A DNA stretch of 64,000 nt from Octopus bimaculoides. Lineage: Eukaryota. The stretch is taken from contig NC_068983.1 of the NCBI RefSeq assembly GCF_001194135.2, positions 21,711,804-21,775,803 on the forward strand. The letters are read 5' to 3'. Made by a program: the position numbers and the translations under genes. Below the pieces are notes generated by a model that saw nothing but the letters and a program-made list of their open reading frames with translations, did not search any database and was not told the DNA's origin. Shown here piece after piece: positions 51,241 to 64,000 of this stretch. Each line of letters starts with the position of its first letter. Positions within the stretch are counted from its first letter, which is position 1.

Positions 51241-51989
51241 TTACAAATATGAAGAATGAATAAATAAATAAATAAAAAAGTACATGAAGTAACACAATGA
51301 CAGTCAGACAACATTTCCACCTCCACGTGGTGCCACCAGGAAGGATTCATTACTTCAGAAGCGATCCATTCCAAACATCCAACATGATAACAAAGACTCG
51401 TTTTACACATTGACAACATAATCTTGTATTTCAAGCAGCAAATATACTATGATAGTGAAATATCCACTTATCAGTGAGTTATGTTATAACTTAGAGGATA
51501 AGGTGTGTTAAGTCAAAGATGTAACCCCTTACATAGATGTTTGGTATGGTAGAAATAGCAGGTAAATCTTCCTTAGATCACACCTAGCCATCTTTAAAAG
51601 GGAAGGAGTCATATGTATTTAGAATACTGTTGTGCTAATGGAAGATAAACTGAGACATGTTTTTATTCGGTTTCCTTGCATGTCTCCACTGTCCTGTTTT
51701 TGTTCCCAACTTTGACCTTCCATAAATCCAAAACTTTATTTTGGTATTTATGAGAGCAACTGTCTTCGAAGACTCATATTGTTGTTGAATGCTCGAAATG
51801 AGGAGTAGATAGACAGCTGACAACTGATGAAGGGTCATTCTTTGTGTTACTTGTCCTGTTTTCCATTTTTTTCTCTCGTTGCTTGCATATTTAACTCATT
51901 TGTTTTTGTACTTCATATTGTTTACTGTTAGTGACGTCCTGTACCCATAAATGCATATATATTTATACACACACACACATAGATATATA

Positions 51990-52232
51990 TATATGTGCAT
52001 GTATATGTATATATCTAGGTATGTGTGTCCTTGCGTTTGTCCCCACCATCACTGCTTGACAACTGGTGTTGGTGTGTTTATGTCCCCATGGCTTAGCAGT
52101 TCAGTAAAAGAAACCAACAGAATAAGTTCTAGGTTTAAAAAAACATTAAGTCCTGGGGTCAATTTATTCAACTAAAACCCTTCAAGGCGGTGCTCCAGCA
52201 TGGCCACAGTCAACTGACTAAAACAAGTAAAA
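51990..52232 (+). mobile_element. SINE A, 3' half
   Basis: cttgacaactggtgttggtgtg...aaacaagtaaaa. Confidence 0.75.
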
Positions 52233-52504
52233 CAGCATTGTAGCCCATCTTTCATACCAAGACAAAACATGTACATGGTAACACTTCCAATCAGTCAAGA
52301 TCAGAAACCATGAGAGCCACTTATTCCACCAAGGTGAGGTCAGTTTAGCCTGTCATCCTTTCAGGGTCTGTAGAATATCGTGAGGTTGTTGATTGAAGAT
52401 ATTGTGTCTACTGGGTGTAAAATAAGTACCAGTTGAACACTGGGGTGACTGTAATCAACTACTCCCCTCCCAACAAATTTCAGGTTTTGTGACTTTAGCA
52501 GAAA

Positions 52505-52506
52505 GG

Positions 52507-52538
<32 letters not shown>

Positions 52539-52545
52539 CATTATC

Positions 52546-52592
<47 letters not shown>

Positions 52593-53168
52593 TATTAAGG
52601 TGGTGAGCTGGCAGAATCGTTAGCATGTTGGGTGAAATGCTTAGCAGCAGGATTTCGTCTGCTGCTACGTTCTGAGTTCAAATTCTGCCGAGGTCAACTT
52701 TGCCTTTCATCCTTTTGAGGTCGATAAATTAAGTACCAGTCAAGTACTGGGATCAAAATAATCGACTATCCCCCTGCCCACAAATTCCACTCCTTGTACC
52801 TATAGTAGAAAGGATTATTATTATTATTATTATTATTAGTAGTAGTAGTAGTAGTAGTAGTAGCAATAACAGCCACAGTAGCAGTAGTTAAGTTGGTGGT
52901 GGTGGTGGTATTGCTGTTGCTATAAGTTGATGTTATGTTGTTATTGATTGTTGTCACAGTAGTTGTGCTGTTGTTGTTGTTGTTGGGGGGGNNNNNNNNN
53001 NGGGGGGGGGTAATGCCACTGGTAATATTATTGCTATTATAAATGACGATGATGATGATGATGATGATGATGATGTTACTGCTGCTGCAGTATTTTTGTT
53101 TATTTAATGTTGTTTGTAGTGTTTGTTATTGCTGCTGTTTTGTTGTGTTTTTCAGGAATGTAGTTATT

Positions 53169-53225
<57 letters not shown>

Positions 53226-53320
53226 ACAGTATCAGCAGCAGTGATGGCAGGGGTGGTGGTGGTGGTGGTGGTGGTGGTGGTTTGGGTTGTGGTGGCAGTG
53301 GTCTCTGTAGTGGTGGTGNN
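52505..53320. repeat. (TATCAT)n, (ATT)n, (AGT)n and (GGT)n microsatellites
   Basis: Direct reading. Confidence 0.93.
52597..52815 (+). mobile_element. SINE B variant inserted in an (ATT)n tract
   Basis: aaggtggtgagctggcagaa..ttctgagttcaaattc..gtcaactttgcctttcatcc. Confidence 0.82.
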
Positions 53321-53942
53321 NNNNNNNNNNNNNNNNNNNNNNNNNNNNNNNNNNNNNNNNNNNNNNNNNNNNNNNNNNNNNNNNNNNNNNNNNNNNNNNN
53401 NNNNNNNNNNNNNNNNNNNNNNNNNNNNNNNNNNNNNNNNNNNNNNNNNNNNNNNNNNNNNNNNNNNNNNNNNNNNNNNNNNNNNNNNNNNNNNNNNNNN
53501 NNNNNNNNNNNNNNNNNNNNNNNNNNNNNNNNNNNNNNNNNNNNNNNNNNNNNNNNNNNNNNNNNNNNNNNNNNNNNNNNNNNNNNNNNNNNNNNNNTAT
53601 ATATATATATATATATGTATATAGAAAATGAGAATCTAAAAATAGGGGAAAAAGAAGGAAGCAAACAAAACTAAAGTAAAAATGAGAATAATTATCCCAA
53701 GTGAGAAAATTAAGGGAGAATATGTGACAGTGCATCTTGGAAATAATAAGAGTAAAAAAAAATATAGTAAACAAGTAAATAATAAAGTAATTAGTGTCTG
53801 TCTGTGTGTGTGTATGAATGTGTGTCAGGGTGTGTGAGTATGTGTGCATGTATGTATGTATTTATGTGGGTATGTAAGTGTGTATGTATGTATGTTTGTG
53901 CATGTGCTTGTAAATTCTACGTATCCATATATGTGTGTTAAT

Positions 53943-53988
<46 letters not shown>

Positions 53989-53999
53989 TATAAACTATA

Positions 54000-54043
<44 letters not shown>

Positions 54044-54555
54044 NNNNNNNNNNNNNNNNNNNNNNNNNNNNNNNNNNNNNNNNNNNNNNNNNNNNNNNNN
54101 NNNNNNNNNNNNNNNNNNNNNNNNNNNNNNNNNNNNNNNNNNNNNNNNNNNNNNNNNNNNNNNNNNNNNNNNNNNNNNNNNNNNNNNNNNNNNNNNNNNN
54201 NNNNNNNNNNNNNNNNNNNNNNNNNNNNNNNNNNNNNNNNNNNNNNNNNNNNNNNNNNNNNNNNNNNNNNNNNNNNNNNNNNNNNNNNNNNNNNNNNNNN
54301 NNNNNNNNNNNNNNNNNNNNNNNNNNNNNNNNNNNNNNNNNNNNNNNNNNNNNNNNNNNNNNNNNNNNNNNNNNNNNNNNNNNNNNNNNNNNNNNNNNNN
54401 NNNNNNNNNNNNNNNNNNNNNNNNNNNNNNNNNNNNNNNNNNNNNNNNNNNNNNNNNNNNNNNNNNNNNNNNNNNNNNNNNNNNNNNNNNNNNNNNNNNN
54501 NNNNNNNNNNNNNNNNNNNNNNNNNNNNNNNNNNNNNNNNNNNNNNNNNNNNNNN

Positions 54556-54598
<43 letters not shown>

Positions 54599-54738
54599 AC
54601 ATATTATATATTTATATATGTATATATATATAGATATGTATGTGCATATACACACACATATATGCATATATTTGAGATTGTACTTATGAATTAGTGCATG
54701 TACACCGTAGACTTTTTGTATGAACATGTAGACATCTA

Positions 54739-54774
<36 letters not shown>

Positions 54775-55259
54775 CATACACACACACACACACACACCTA
54801 CACATGCACACACATAGGTACACATTAAAATATATATGTAGGTCTGTCTGACTTTGTATATATGTTTGTTTGTGCTTCTATGAATCATCAGCAATACACA
54901 GTGTAGAAATAGATTAACTTCTATCTTATATTCATTCCACCCTTTCCATTACTGGAACTTTCATTTCCAATCTAGTCTTACTCACAACATAACTCAATTA
55001 ACCTCTTTTATTCATTTACCAATTTTTTTTTTTTTTTTATCATAAATATTACAGCCATTTTGCAATTTTCTTACCATCTTACATATCATGTTGAACAAGT
55101 AATTTTGTATTCCTAACTTAACATGTCTCTGACCTTTATGTGTTTCATGATTTAGTAGACACTTGAAATAACTGCTAAATTTTATTATCATCCAGTTTAT
55201 TAATTAATATTCAATTTTATTTATTCTATTACAGAGGTGAATGAAATTTTTGAGAAGAA

Positions 55260-55477
55260 GAGTTACTCTCTTTTACTCTCTTTTACTTATTTCAGTCATT
55301 TGACTGTGGCCATGCTGGAGCACCGCCTTTAGTCGAGCAAATCGACCCCAGGACTTATTCTTTGTAAGCCTAGTACTTATTCGATCGGTCTCTTTTGCCG
55401 AATCGCTAAGTTACAGGGGACGTAACCACACCAACATCGGTTGTCAAGCGATGTTGGGGGGACAAACACAGATACAA

Positions 55478-55528
<51 letters not shown>
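55260..55528 (-). mobile_element. SINE A, 3' half
   Basis: tactctcttttac..gtcgagcaaatcgaccccagg. Confidence 0.82.
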
Positions 55529-55927
55529 NNNNNNNNNNNNNNNNNNNNNNNNNNNNNNNNNNNNNNNNNNNNNNNNNNNNNNNNNNNNNNNNNNNNNNNN
55601 NNNNNNNNNNNNNNNNNNNNNNNNNNNNNNNNNNNNNNNNNNNNNNNNNNNNNNNNNNNNNNNNNNNNNNNNNNNNNNNNNNNNNNNNNNNNNNNNNNNN
55701 NNNNNNNNNNNNNNNNNNNNNNNNNNNNNNNNNNNNNNNNNNNNNNNNNNNNNNNNNNNNNNNNNNNNNNNNNNNNNNNNNNNNNNNNNNNNNNNNNNNN
55801 NNNNNNNNNNNNNNNNNNNNNNNNNNNNNNNNNNNNNNNNNNNNNNNNNNNNNNNNNNNNNNNNNNNNNNNNNNNNNNNNNNNNNNNNNNNNNNNNNNNN
55901 NNNNNNNNNNNNNNNNTGTGTGTCTGT

Positions 55928-55958
<31 letters not shown>

Positions 55959-55998
55959 CATGTGTGCATGCATGCGTGCGTGCGTGTGTGTGCGTGTG

Positions 55999-56039
<41 letters not shown>

Positions 56040-56043
<4 letters not shown>

Positions 56044-56262
56044 CTGTCTGCCTGTCTGTCCCCCACCACTGCTCAACAACTAGTATTGGTGTATTTACAT
56101 CCCTGTAACTTAGCAGTTTTGCAAAGGAGACTAGTAGAATAAGTGGTAGGCCTTAAAAAATAGGTCCATCCTGCAGTCAATTTGTTTGGTTAAAACCCTT
56201 CAAGATGGTGCTCGAGCATGGCCACAGTCAAATGACTGAAACAAGTAAAAGATAAAAGATAA
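56040..56262 (+). mobile_element. SINE A, 3' half, inverted relative to 55260-55528
   Basis: gtaacttagcagtttt..gcatggccacagtcaaatgactgaaacaagtaaaagataaaagat. Confidence 0.75.
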
Positions 56263-56268
56263 AACAAG

Positions 56269-56725
56269 ATGAATACCTCCCACCAGGCATCTATCATATT
56301 CTCCGCATGTCTTGCTTCCCTCGGCATGAACACAATAAAGCTCCGATGTCTGGAAACTGACTTGATAGACACCCACAAAATTATCCACCAGCTTTCCAAC
56401 AACACCCTCAAGCACCTTTTTGAATTCCATATGTCTAACACTCATGCACATGCTTACAATATCAAAAAACAACAGAGTACCCTTGACATTCAGAACCATT
56501 TTTTCACACACAGAATTGAAGCATTGAATAAACTATATGCATCAGTTGTTAGTTATCAGGACACATCCTTTGAGACTTCCATGCTTCCTGAATTTCACCA
56601 ACAGTACACCCGACTGATTCAGTGTTCATTTCCTGTGCATTATTCTATGTACTGTTCATGCACTTTTAGTTACTTTCCCTGATGCACTGTAGTGCACTTG
56701 AGCACTGTATACAATAAGTTCATTA
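56269..56725 (+). mobile_element. CR1/L2-type LINE 3' fragment
   Basis: LASLGMNTIKLRCLETDLIDTHKII...AYNIKKQQSTLDIQNHFFTHRI..LNKL; 3' end gagcactgtatacaataa, also seen at 40260-40385. Confidence 0.75.
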
Positions 56726-56759
56726 TATATATTCATGTGCAGTACATATTTTTTTTTTG

Positions 56760-58577
56760 ATTATATTTACAGATAAGGAGGGAATGAGACAGAGATAGAT
56801 CTTGTTTTGGTTGGCAGGAGAAACAGACAGTATTTGAGAGATGTGAAGACAATACCAGGGGAGTTGCAGCACAGGTTGGTGGTTGTTGACTTGGATAAGA
56901 AGAAAGTTAAAAAGTGTGTGAGAAAGGGAATGGTTCAGAGTGGAAACTGAAGGAAGAAGAAACAAGAGCAAGGTTTGAAGAAAGAGTTGGGGAGTTGGTA
57001 AGCATTGATGCACTGGATTTCTGAGTCTTTCAAAGAAGGGGTACTAAAGGGATGTGATGAAGTTTGTGGAAGGACGAAGGGTAGGAGAGATTAAGGAGAT
57101 ACATGGTGGTCGAATGAAGAGGTGAGGGATGTGATAGCGAGGAAAAAGGAGGGGCACAATGCTTTATATAATAATAGGACTGAACAAATGAAAGCCAGGT
57201 ATTATAACATGAAAAATCGTGCAAAGAGGGTGGTTGCGAGACCTATGAGGAAGGAGGCTGAAGAGAGATAGAGTGTTTGGGTTTATTAAATCAATGAAAA
57301 AAAGATGGCAGAGATGTTGAGAGAGGAAGATGCATGAGTGGGGAGTGATGGAAGGTTGAATTTTAGTGAGAAAGACAGGTGAAGAGTTTGGAAGGAACAT
57401 ATGGAGGGAATTATGAATGAGGAGAATGAATGGGATCAGAGGGTGGAAGTTGCTGTGGTGGATAGGCCAGTGGAGATGGTTAGTCAGGAAGAAGTAGTGG
57501 AGGCAATGAAGGAAATGGAAACAGGAAAGGCAGCTGGTCCAGCAGAAGTAAGTGTGGAAAGGATAACTGCAAGTGGAGAGATAGGGATTGTTGTGATGAT
57601 GGAGCTCTGCCTGGGTGTGCTGGATGGAAGAGGAATGCCAGATGATTGGGCACTAAGTGTGGTGGTACCGATCTTCAAGGGGAAGGGGGATGCAATGAGT
57701 TGTGGAGTGTATAGCGGAGTTGTGGGGCATATAGGGGAGTTGTGGAGTGTATGGTTGTAGGGTGTATATTGGAGCATGCAATGAAGATAGTGGAAAGGGT
57801 GTTGGGCAGGAGAATTCAGAAGGGGGTGAATGTGAATGAGATACAATTTGGTTTTATGCCAGGAAGGGGGACAATAGATGCAGTGTTCATTATAGAGAGA
57901 TTGCAAGAAGAATATCGAGATAAGGAGAAGAAGTATATGTGCTTCGTTGATCTGGAGAAGGCATTTGATAGGATTCCAAGAAAGGTGGTTGAGTGGGCAC
58001 TGAGAAAGAGAGGTGTACTAATGGTAGTAGTGAAAGCAGTGATGAGTTTGTATGAGGGGGTAGAGACAAGAGTTAGAATTGGATGAGAGCTGTTGGAGAA
58101 GTTTGCGGTGAAAGTTGGTGTGCACCAGGGATCTGTGTTGTCACCGTTGTTGTTTGCAATAATAGTTCATGCAGTGACGGAGAGTGCAAAAGAGGGATTG
58201 ATAATGGAGATACTGTATGCAGATGACCTTGTTTGATAAGAGAGGAATTGAGGACTTGATGGGGATGCTGGGGCTGGAGGAATAGGTGGAATGGCTGGCA
58301 ATGGCAAATGGAGTGTGGTGGTATGGGTATGAGTTGAGGAGCAATGAGGAAGTGTTTGCGTTTGAGGTAAATGGATTGCAAAAGCAAGGTAGAGCGAGGA
58401 AAAAGTGGAGGGGACAGATGGAGAAGGAGATTGGGAGGGTTGGCTTAAGAACAGAGGATACACAAAACCAGGCAAGATGATGTGAGGGTGGTAGATATGG
58501 CATTGAAGTAGATCTGGCCACCCCTGTTAACGGGGACAGAACCCAGATTTGAAATACTGAATGATGATGATGATGAT
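56760..58577 (+). mobile_element. Degenerate RTE-clade LINE ORF2 (APE endonuclease C-terminus, RT, 3' end)
   Basis: TEIDLVLVGRRNRQYLRDVKTIPGELQHRLVV; QFGFMPGRGTIDAVF; FVDLEKAFDR; GVHQGSVLSPLLF; YADDLV; WYG..; (GAT)n tail. Stops and frameshifts present. Confidence 0.92.
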
Positions 58578-58729
58578 AAGCAATTATACAGCAATATAGT
58601 TTTTAAATCACTAAAGCAGCTTGTTGAAGGATTTTAATTGCATTTTCGTTTTTGCAGTTAATACTTCAAGATTTGGCTTTTCAGGAAATTACCAAATATC
58701 TCAGGAGATGCACATAGTAGCTTTGAGAG

Positions 58730-58950
58730 CCACATGCAGCTGAAAGAAACCCATCGTGTGTGTGTGTGTTTTCCCCCACCACCGGCATTTAACAACCGGT
58801 GTTGGTTTGTTTATGTCCTCATAACTTAGTAGTTCGGCAAAAGAAGCTAATAGAATAAATACTGAGTACTGGGGTTGATTCATTCAACTAAAAACTCTTC
58901 AAGGTAGTGCCCCAATATGGCCACAATCCAATGACCGAAACAAGCAACAG
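58730..58950 (+). mobile_element. SINE A, diverged
   Basis: gaaagaaaccc..ataacttagtagttcggcaaaa..aatgaccgaaacaag. Confidence 0.7.
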
Positions 58951-60099
58951 GGCAGTAAAAGAGAAAGATGTGTCACTCATTCTGCCTGTGAATTACATCA
59001 AGGTTACACATCTGTAGAGTACTCAGCCATTTAACAAACTAACGCAGCTGACTAAACAACCAAACACTTATCAACATCTATTTACAATCCCCATTTCTAC
59101 TTATCATTAGCTAGATAGCTTCAATAAACCTTCTTCTTTTTCCTCCCTGTTACCAATTTAAATTTCATTAGTTAATGACTTCCTGATATCCTTCAAGTTT
59201 CAGATATCCAGAAGATCCCTCTATAATCCATACATTTCATAAAATCTCCTCCTTTACATCAGCCTCCATGCTGCCGCATATCAATGATTAGGAATTTTCC
59301 ACATTATCACTGCCTGAAGAGCTGACTTGGTAAAACTTTCATTTCTTCTGCATAATAAATATTTTAGACTTTGAAGAGNNNNNNNNNNNNNNNNNNNNNN
59401 NNNNNNNNNNNNNNNNNNNNNNNNNNNNNNNNNNNNNNNNNNNNNNNNNNNNNNNNNNNNNNNNNNNNNNNNNNNNNNNNNNNNNNNNNNNNNNNNNNNN
59501 NNNNNNNNNNNNNNNNNNNNNNNNNNNNNNNNNNNNNNNNNNNNNNNNNNNNNNNNNNNNNNNNNNNNNNNNNNNNNNNNNNNNNNNNNNNNNNNNNNNN
59601 NNNNNNNNNNNNNNNNNNNNNNNNNNNNNNNNNNNNNNNNNNNNNNNNNNNNNNNNNNNNNNNNNNNNNNNNNNNNNNNNNNNNNNNNNNNNNNNNNNNN
59701 NNNNNNNNNNNNNNNNNNNNNNNNNNNNNNNNNNNNNNNNNNNNNNNNNNNNNNNNNNNNNNNNNNNNNNNNCTCACTCACACTTAAAGAGGTTTTTAAA
59801 GAAATTGGACAATTGTAATTAAAATGGAAAAAGGAAACTGAAACACAAAATAAAGAAGATCAGTTTGCAGAATTAGGAGAGCATTGAACAAAATACAATA
59901 TGGTATTTGCTTATACTAGGAAGTCAAATCCTCTTCCATTCAGGCTGACTGTGGCATTCATATTTCTCAAGTCAATAAAATAAGCACCAGAAATGGGGTT
60001 GGGGGTCGATGCAGTTCTTAATGCCCTTAAATCCTTTTCATTTATAGCATTCTTGTGTAGCAGCCAACTAGCGTGTTTGATAATTTCTTGTCAGTGTCC

Positions 60100-60340
60100 A
60101 TGTTTCACTGCCATATAATAGCACCGATTCAATAGCCACATTGAACTGGATGCATCCAAATTAATATTGTGGGACCCACTCCATGGTGATGTAAGAAGAG
60201 GAAAATGTCATGCCTACATCAACAACTTGATCACAGACACTGGCCTGGAATGTTTCTAGGACCTTGAGGCAATGGTGTTGGACTTGGAAGTACAGCAGGT
60301 GAACTGTGTTTCTGTGGCCCAGGTTGGAACCTGGCCATAA
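60100..60340 (+). mobile_element. Second diverged 3' fragment of the 61165-62280 family
   Basis: Shares aacttgatcacagacactggcctg; peptide KLILWDPLHGDVRRG..YINNLITDTGL. Confidence 0.7.
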
Positions 60341-61164
60341 ATTTTTTTTTTAATTCTTTGTGTTACTATATTTCCTTTGAAATAAACTTCCTTTGTCTCA
60401 ATCAATCTTGAAGTTGATAAAAAATTTAGCAAAATAATTTTGTCATTATTAAGCTTTTCTTTATAACATAAATTATTGAAGTATTTTGATGTAAGACTTT
60501 AATTCAACCCATCTGTTACCATATTTCTGTTGAAATCATTGCATTTGTTTCATTAAATTTTGAAATTAATGAAGAATTTAGTAAAATAATTTTGTTGTTA
60601 TTAAGCTGGTGTTTAGAACAAAATGTTAACATGTAATTATGTTGGAAGGTTTTAAAGTAGATCACTTCAAAGTAGAAAAATTGTATTACAGAAGCAGAGG
60701 CAGTCCCAGGGAGGTTGGTAAAAAAAAGGATTAAAGCACTTAAAAACAGAAAGATTCTAACATAGAACTTGGGGTTGTGTCAGACAGGTCAATATCAAAA
60801 GAGTTTAGGTAATACACTAAGCAGAGCCTCGGTCCAAACATTGAAAATAAAGGTGAAATGTAAAAGATTAACTAAATTTTATAAAGGAATATCATCATCA
60901 TCGTCTTTATCATCATCACTGTCATCACCATCATCATCATCACCATTATCATCATTATTTAACTTCTGTGTCCCATGCTGGTATGGGTTGGACAGTTTAA
61001 TAGAATCTGAAGTGTCCAAGGAGTACATCATGTTCCAATTTCTGTTTCAGAATATATTTGTTTTTTTTCACAGCTGGATTCCCTTCCTAATGCCAACCAC
61101 TTTATAGTGTGGAATGGGTGCTTTTCTTTGTGCCACTTGCACTATTCATCTCCTGAAGATATGA

Positions 61165-62280
61165 AAAGCAGCGTGAACCTCAGTGATTTGATCTGAACAT
61201 GCATATCTGATGAAATAGCTCAAGCACAACAGCTGCTCAGCAGAGTAGAAACATCAACTGCCAGAATAGGACTACACACAAATGTCAAGAAAACCGAGGA
61301 CATATCTTTCAACCAATCAAGTAATGCTGAACTGTTTGCCTTGAACAATACCAAATTGAATGTTGTTGAAAACTTCAAGTAGTTAGATGATAGTTGGGGT
61401 TAGAAGATAGGAATATTTGATAGACCTCAACAATGAGTACGGCTGATGCTAGAGTTTGGAATGCCTTCTCTGATGTGGTGCTGATTTCTTTGGAAATAGG
61501 GTAGTTGACAACTCTCGAGAGATTGTGACGGAATTGCTCTTGGATGTAGAACGAGCATTAAATCGCACCACTTACACAGTCAATCGGGTGAGTTTCCAGA
61601 GAACCAGGGTGATGTTAGCGAAGAACAAAGTGAACACTTTCATCAAGATGTAAAAGTAATGGAAGAACACTACCAAGACCGATGGGATTCAAACATGATG
61701 GGAGATTACTGCTGGGGCTTGATAAGAGACATTCCAGAGCCATTCAGAAGCCAACATCAAGGTCAGAAGAGCATAAGCATTGACAGCCTGTCACATTCTA
61801 AAGAAGGTCTGGAACTCCAAATTGCCCGGGCAAATCAAAGTCAAACTATTCATTGCAATTGTCAAATCAGTGCTATTATATGGAAGTGAAACAAATGCTG
61901 ACAAAGAAATTATCAAGCATGCTGTCATACAAGGATGCTACGAATGGCTTTAAATGTGAAATGGCAGCAACATAAGACAAACGAATGCATTTATGGAGGT
62001 CTGCCAAAAGTTGGTGAGAAAATCAGGTAAAGACAGCTGTGACCATCTGGTCACTGCACACACCGCCCTGAGCTGGAAATTAGTTTTGTGGAACACACTT
62101 CACAATGATGTAAGGAGAGGTAAACATCATCGAGGTAAACATCATCACACTTACATTGGCAACTTGATCACAGACACTGGCCTGAAATATATCCTGGACC
62201 ACGAGGCAGTGATGCTGGATCAAGAAGTGTAACAGGTGGACTTTGTCGCTGCAGCACAGGCTGGAACCCAACCATAACAA
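61165..62280 (+). mobile_element. Degenerate RTE-like LINE, RT 3' half to C-terminus
   Basis: ISDEIAQAQQLLSRVETSTARIGLHTNVKKTE..NVVENFK*L; TYIGNLITDTGL..DHEAVMLDQEV. Confidence 0.75.
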
Positions 62281-63079
62281 TAAAATAAAATCATAAAGAT
62301 ACCATAAAGCATTTTGGATAATGGTCTGCTAATCCTTTCAAAACATCAACAGTAAAAAACCAAAAATAAAACATTGAAAAATTAATTTAAACAAGCAGTC
62401 ATTAATAGGATTAATATATTCAAGCTTTTGTGTGAAATAGCTTTTATTTATTTTAATCTCTGTGTTCATGAACTTGTCTATTTCTCTTCATTTTCTTTGG
62501 GTGAAAGACTGAAGGAATGGAGATATCTGAGTGTTTTGTTTCCTTTGAATCAGTTTTTGCGTGCAATTATACATATCCATATATACACTTATGTATATAT
62601 GTGCACACAAACATACACATACATATGAAATATATATATTATAGTATATATATATATGTATATATATGCACATGTGTATCTATATATTATAATTAACATG
62701 GTATTTTCTTTCTTTCTTTTTCACCTTCTTATAATTTCTTTTGTGAGAAAAACTATGTTCAAGAATTGGTGATGTCTGAGAATGAAACTTTACCTTTAAC
62801 ATCTGTTTCGAGAGACCAATGCAATTAATTAGTAATAATGAAGAAGTGAAGACAACATACACTAGCATACACATGCACACATAGCTATGTATTTAAATAT
62901 TCATACATACACAATGCACAAGGAACACATATACATGCACTCCTAAACTGTAATAGTTTGGCAGCAAAATAACAAACCAGTGTGTGAGTAGTGTATCAAA
63001 AACTATAAATACACATGAACCTAATTGATTAAAAAGGCAATTAGCCTAAATGAGATACAGTTTCTCTTTATGCTAGGAA

Positions 63080-63299
63080 TACAAGGGGTCGCTGAAAAGT
63101 TCCTGGCTTTAAGGGTATTGTGAAAGACCTGGTTGGAGGCCAAACTTCTCAAGTTCTTTTACAGGGCTTAGTAAAAATGAAGGACTGCTGCAATAAGTGT
63201 GTGTGAATCTGAGAGGGGAATATGTTGAATAATCATAATTAACTGACCCTCCTGTAATTTTTTTTACCCAAAGCCAAGAACTTTCAGCACCCCCATGTA
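63080..63299 (+). mobile_element. Mariner-derived MITE
   Basis: About 30-bp imperfect TIRs (tacaaggggtcgctgaaaagttcctggcttt / aaagccaagaactttcagcacccccatgta); TA at both ends; internal remnant of the mariner C-terminus (..KDCCNK..LRGEYVE*). Confidence 0.75.
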
Positions 63300-63493
63300 T
63301 ATACATACATATATATATATATTTCTGTGAGTTTTAGAGGTTAAGGAGCCCACCAGCTAAGGGATAGTACCTATCCAATATACTGCCGGTAGTGTACCCA
63401 ATTATTCATACTCAAATGCTGGTTATTGCGTGGCAATCTCACAGTTGAGAATCATATATGGGTGGGGATAAAAAGTAGTTTACCCTTGATTTA

Positions 63494-63980
63494 TATGGCA
63501 AATAGGAGAAAATGGAGAGGATACAAAACAACATACAACATACATCAGCTGGTAGACATTCCAGTGTGTCTATTTATTCAAAAGTATTAGAAAGTACTAG
63601 AAGAGTACATACACATGTAGCAACTATGTGTTACACACACATGTATTAATTAATACTACAGGAAAGAGTATAAGATCAATTCCTTACGGCCGTTTCTGCC
63701 AAGAGGCAATGAAATCCTTCATGCTATCTCCATCTCTTCGGTGTTCTGTAGGGATGGGCAGATAAAGTTTGGATAATGAGTGTACCTCTAGGCTTCTTCA
63801 GAGGGTCTAAATGGTTACGAGGGCTAATACATATAATAAACAGTTAACAATAGGTACAATGTATTTTAATAATGACTCTTCTAATACTTTCAAATACTTT
63901 TGAATAAATAGACACACTGGAATGTCTACCAGCTGTTGTATGTTGTTTTGTATCCTCTCCATTTTCTCCTATTTGCTATA
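63494..63980. mobile_element. MITE-like element with about 110-bp terminal inverted repeats
   Basis: 63494-63606 versus 63875-63980, near-perfect apart from a 5-bp indel; 268-bp spacer; TA-rich flanks. Confidence 0.75.
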
Positions 63981-64000
63981 AATATATATATATATATATA

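Noticed and set aside
50566-51434. Overlapping 170-230-aa His/Asp/Gly-rich ORFs
   Set aside because: Trinucleotide microsatellite that is open in most frames.
51826-51845. CTGATGAAGGG as another hammerhead start (also CTGATGA at 49716)
   Set aside because: No downstream GAAA core or pairing stems.

Overview
Repeat-rich, gapped animal genomic scaffold. The tRNA-SINE/RTE/microsatellite landscape looks like an octopod cephalopod (inference, not database-checked). One protein-coding gene is supported: the 3' (stalk/tail) part of kinesin-9 KIF6 on the minus strand. It has five phase-compatible GT-AG exons (50512-50462, 46177-46105, 25587-25452, 20463-20174, 17976-17885) and a candidate 20-nt terminal exon (8196-8177); the motor-domain exons lie beyond position 64000 or in gaps. 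The rest is intron/intergenic DNA filled with several tRNA-derived SINE families, 5'-truncated RTE and CR1 LINE fragments, hAT-, piggyBac- and mariner-type MITEs, long fold-back elements and microsatellites. Most long ORFs in the supplied track are artefacts of microsatellites and N-runs. The most notable observation is a set of type I hammerhead-ribozyme-like motifs with palindromic stem III inside KIF6 introns. One near-canonical copy sits in a non-coding 555-bp unit with 122-bp terminal redundancy (retrozyme/Penelope-like architecture). Others are an inverted pair forming a 219-bp palindrome, a half-motif running into a gap, and a decayed copy. Unusually long target-site duplications (41 bp and about 66-100 bp) are also present.
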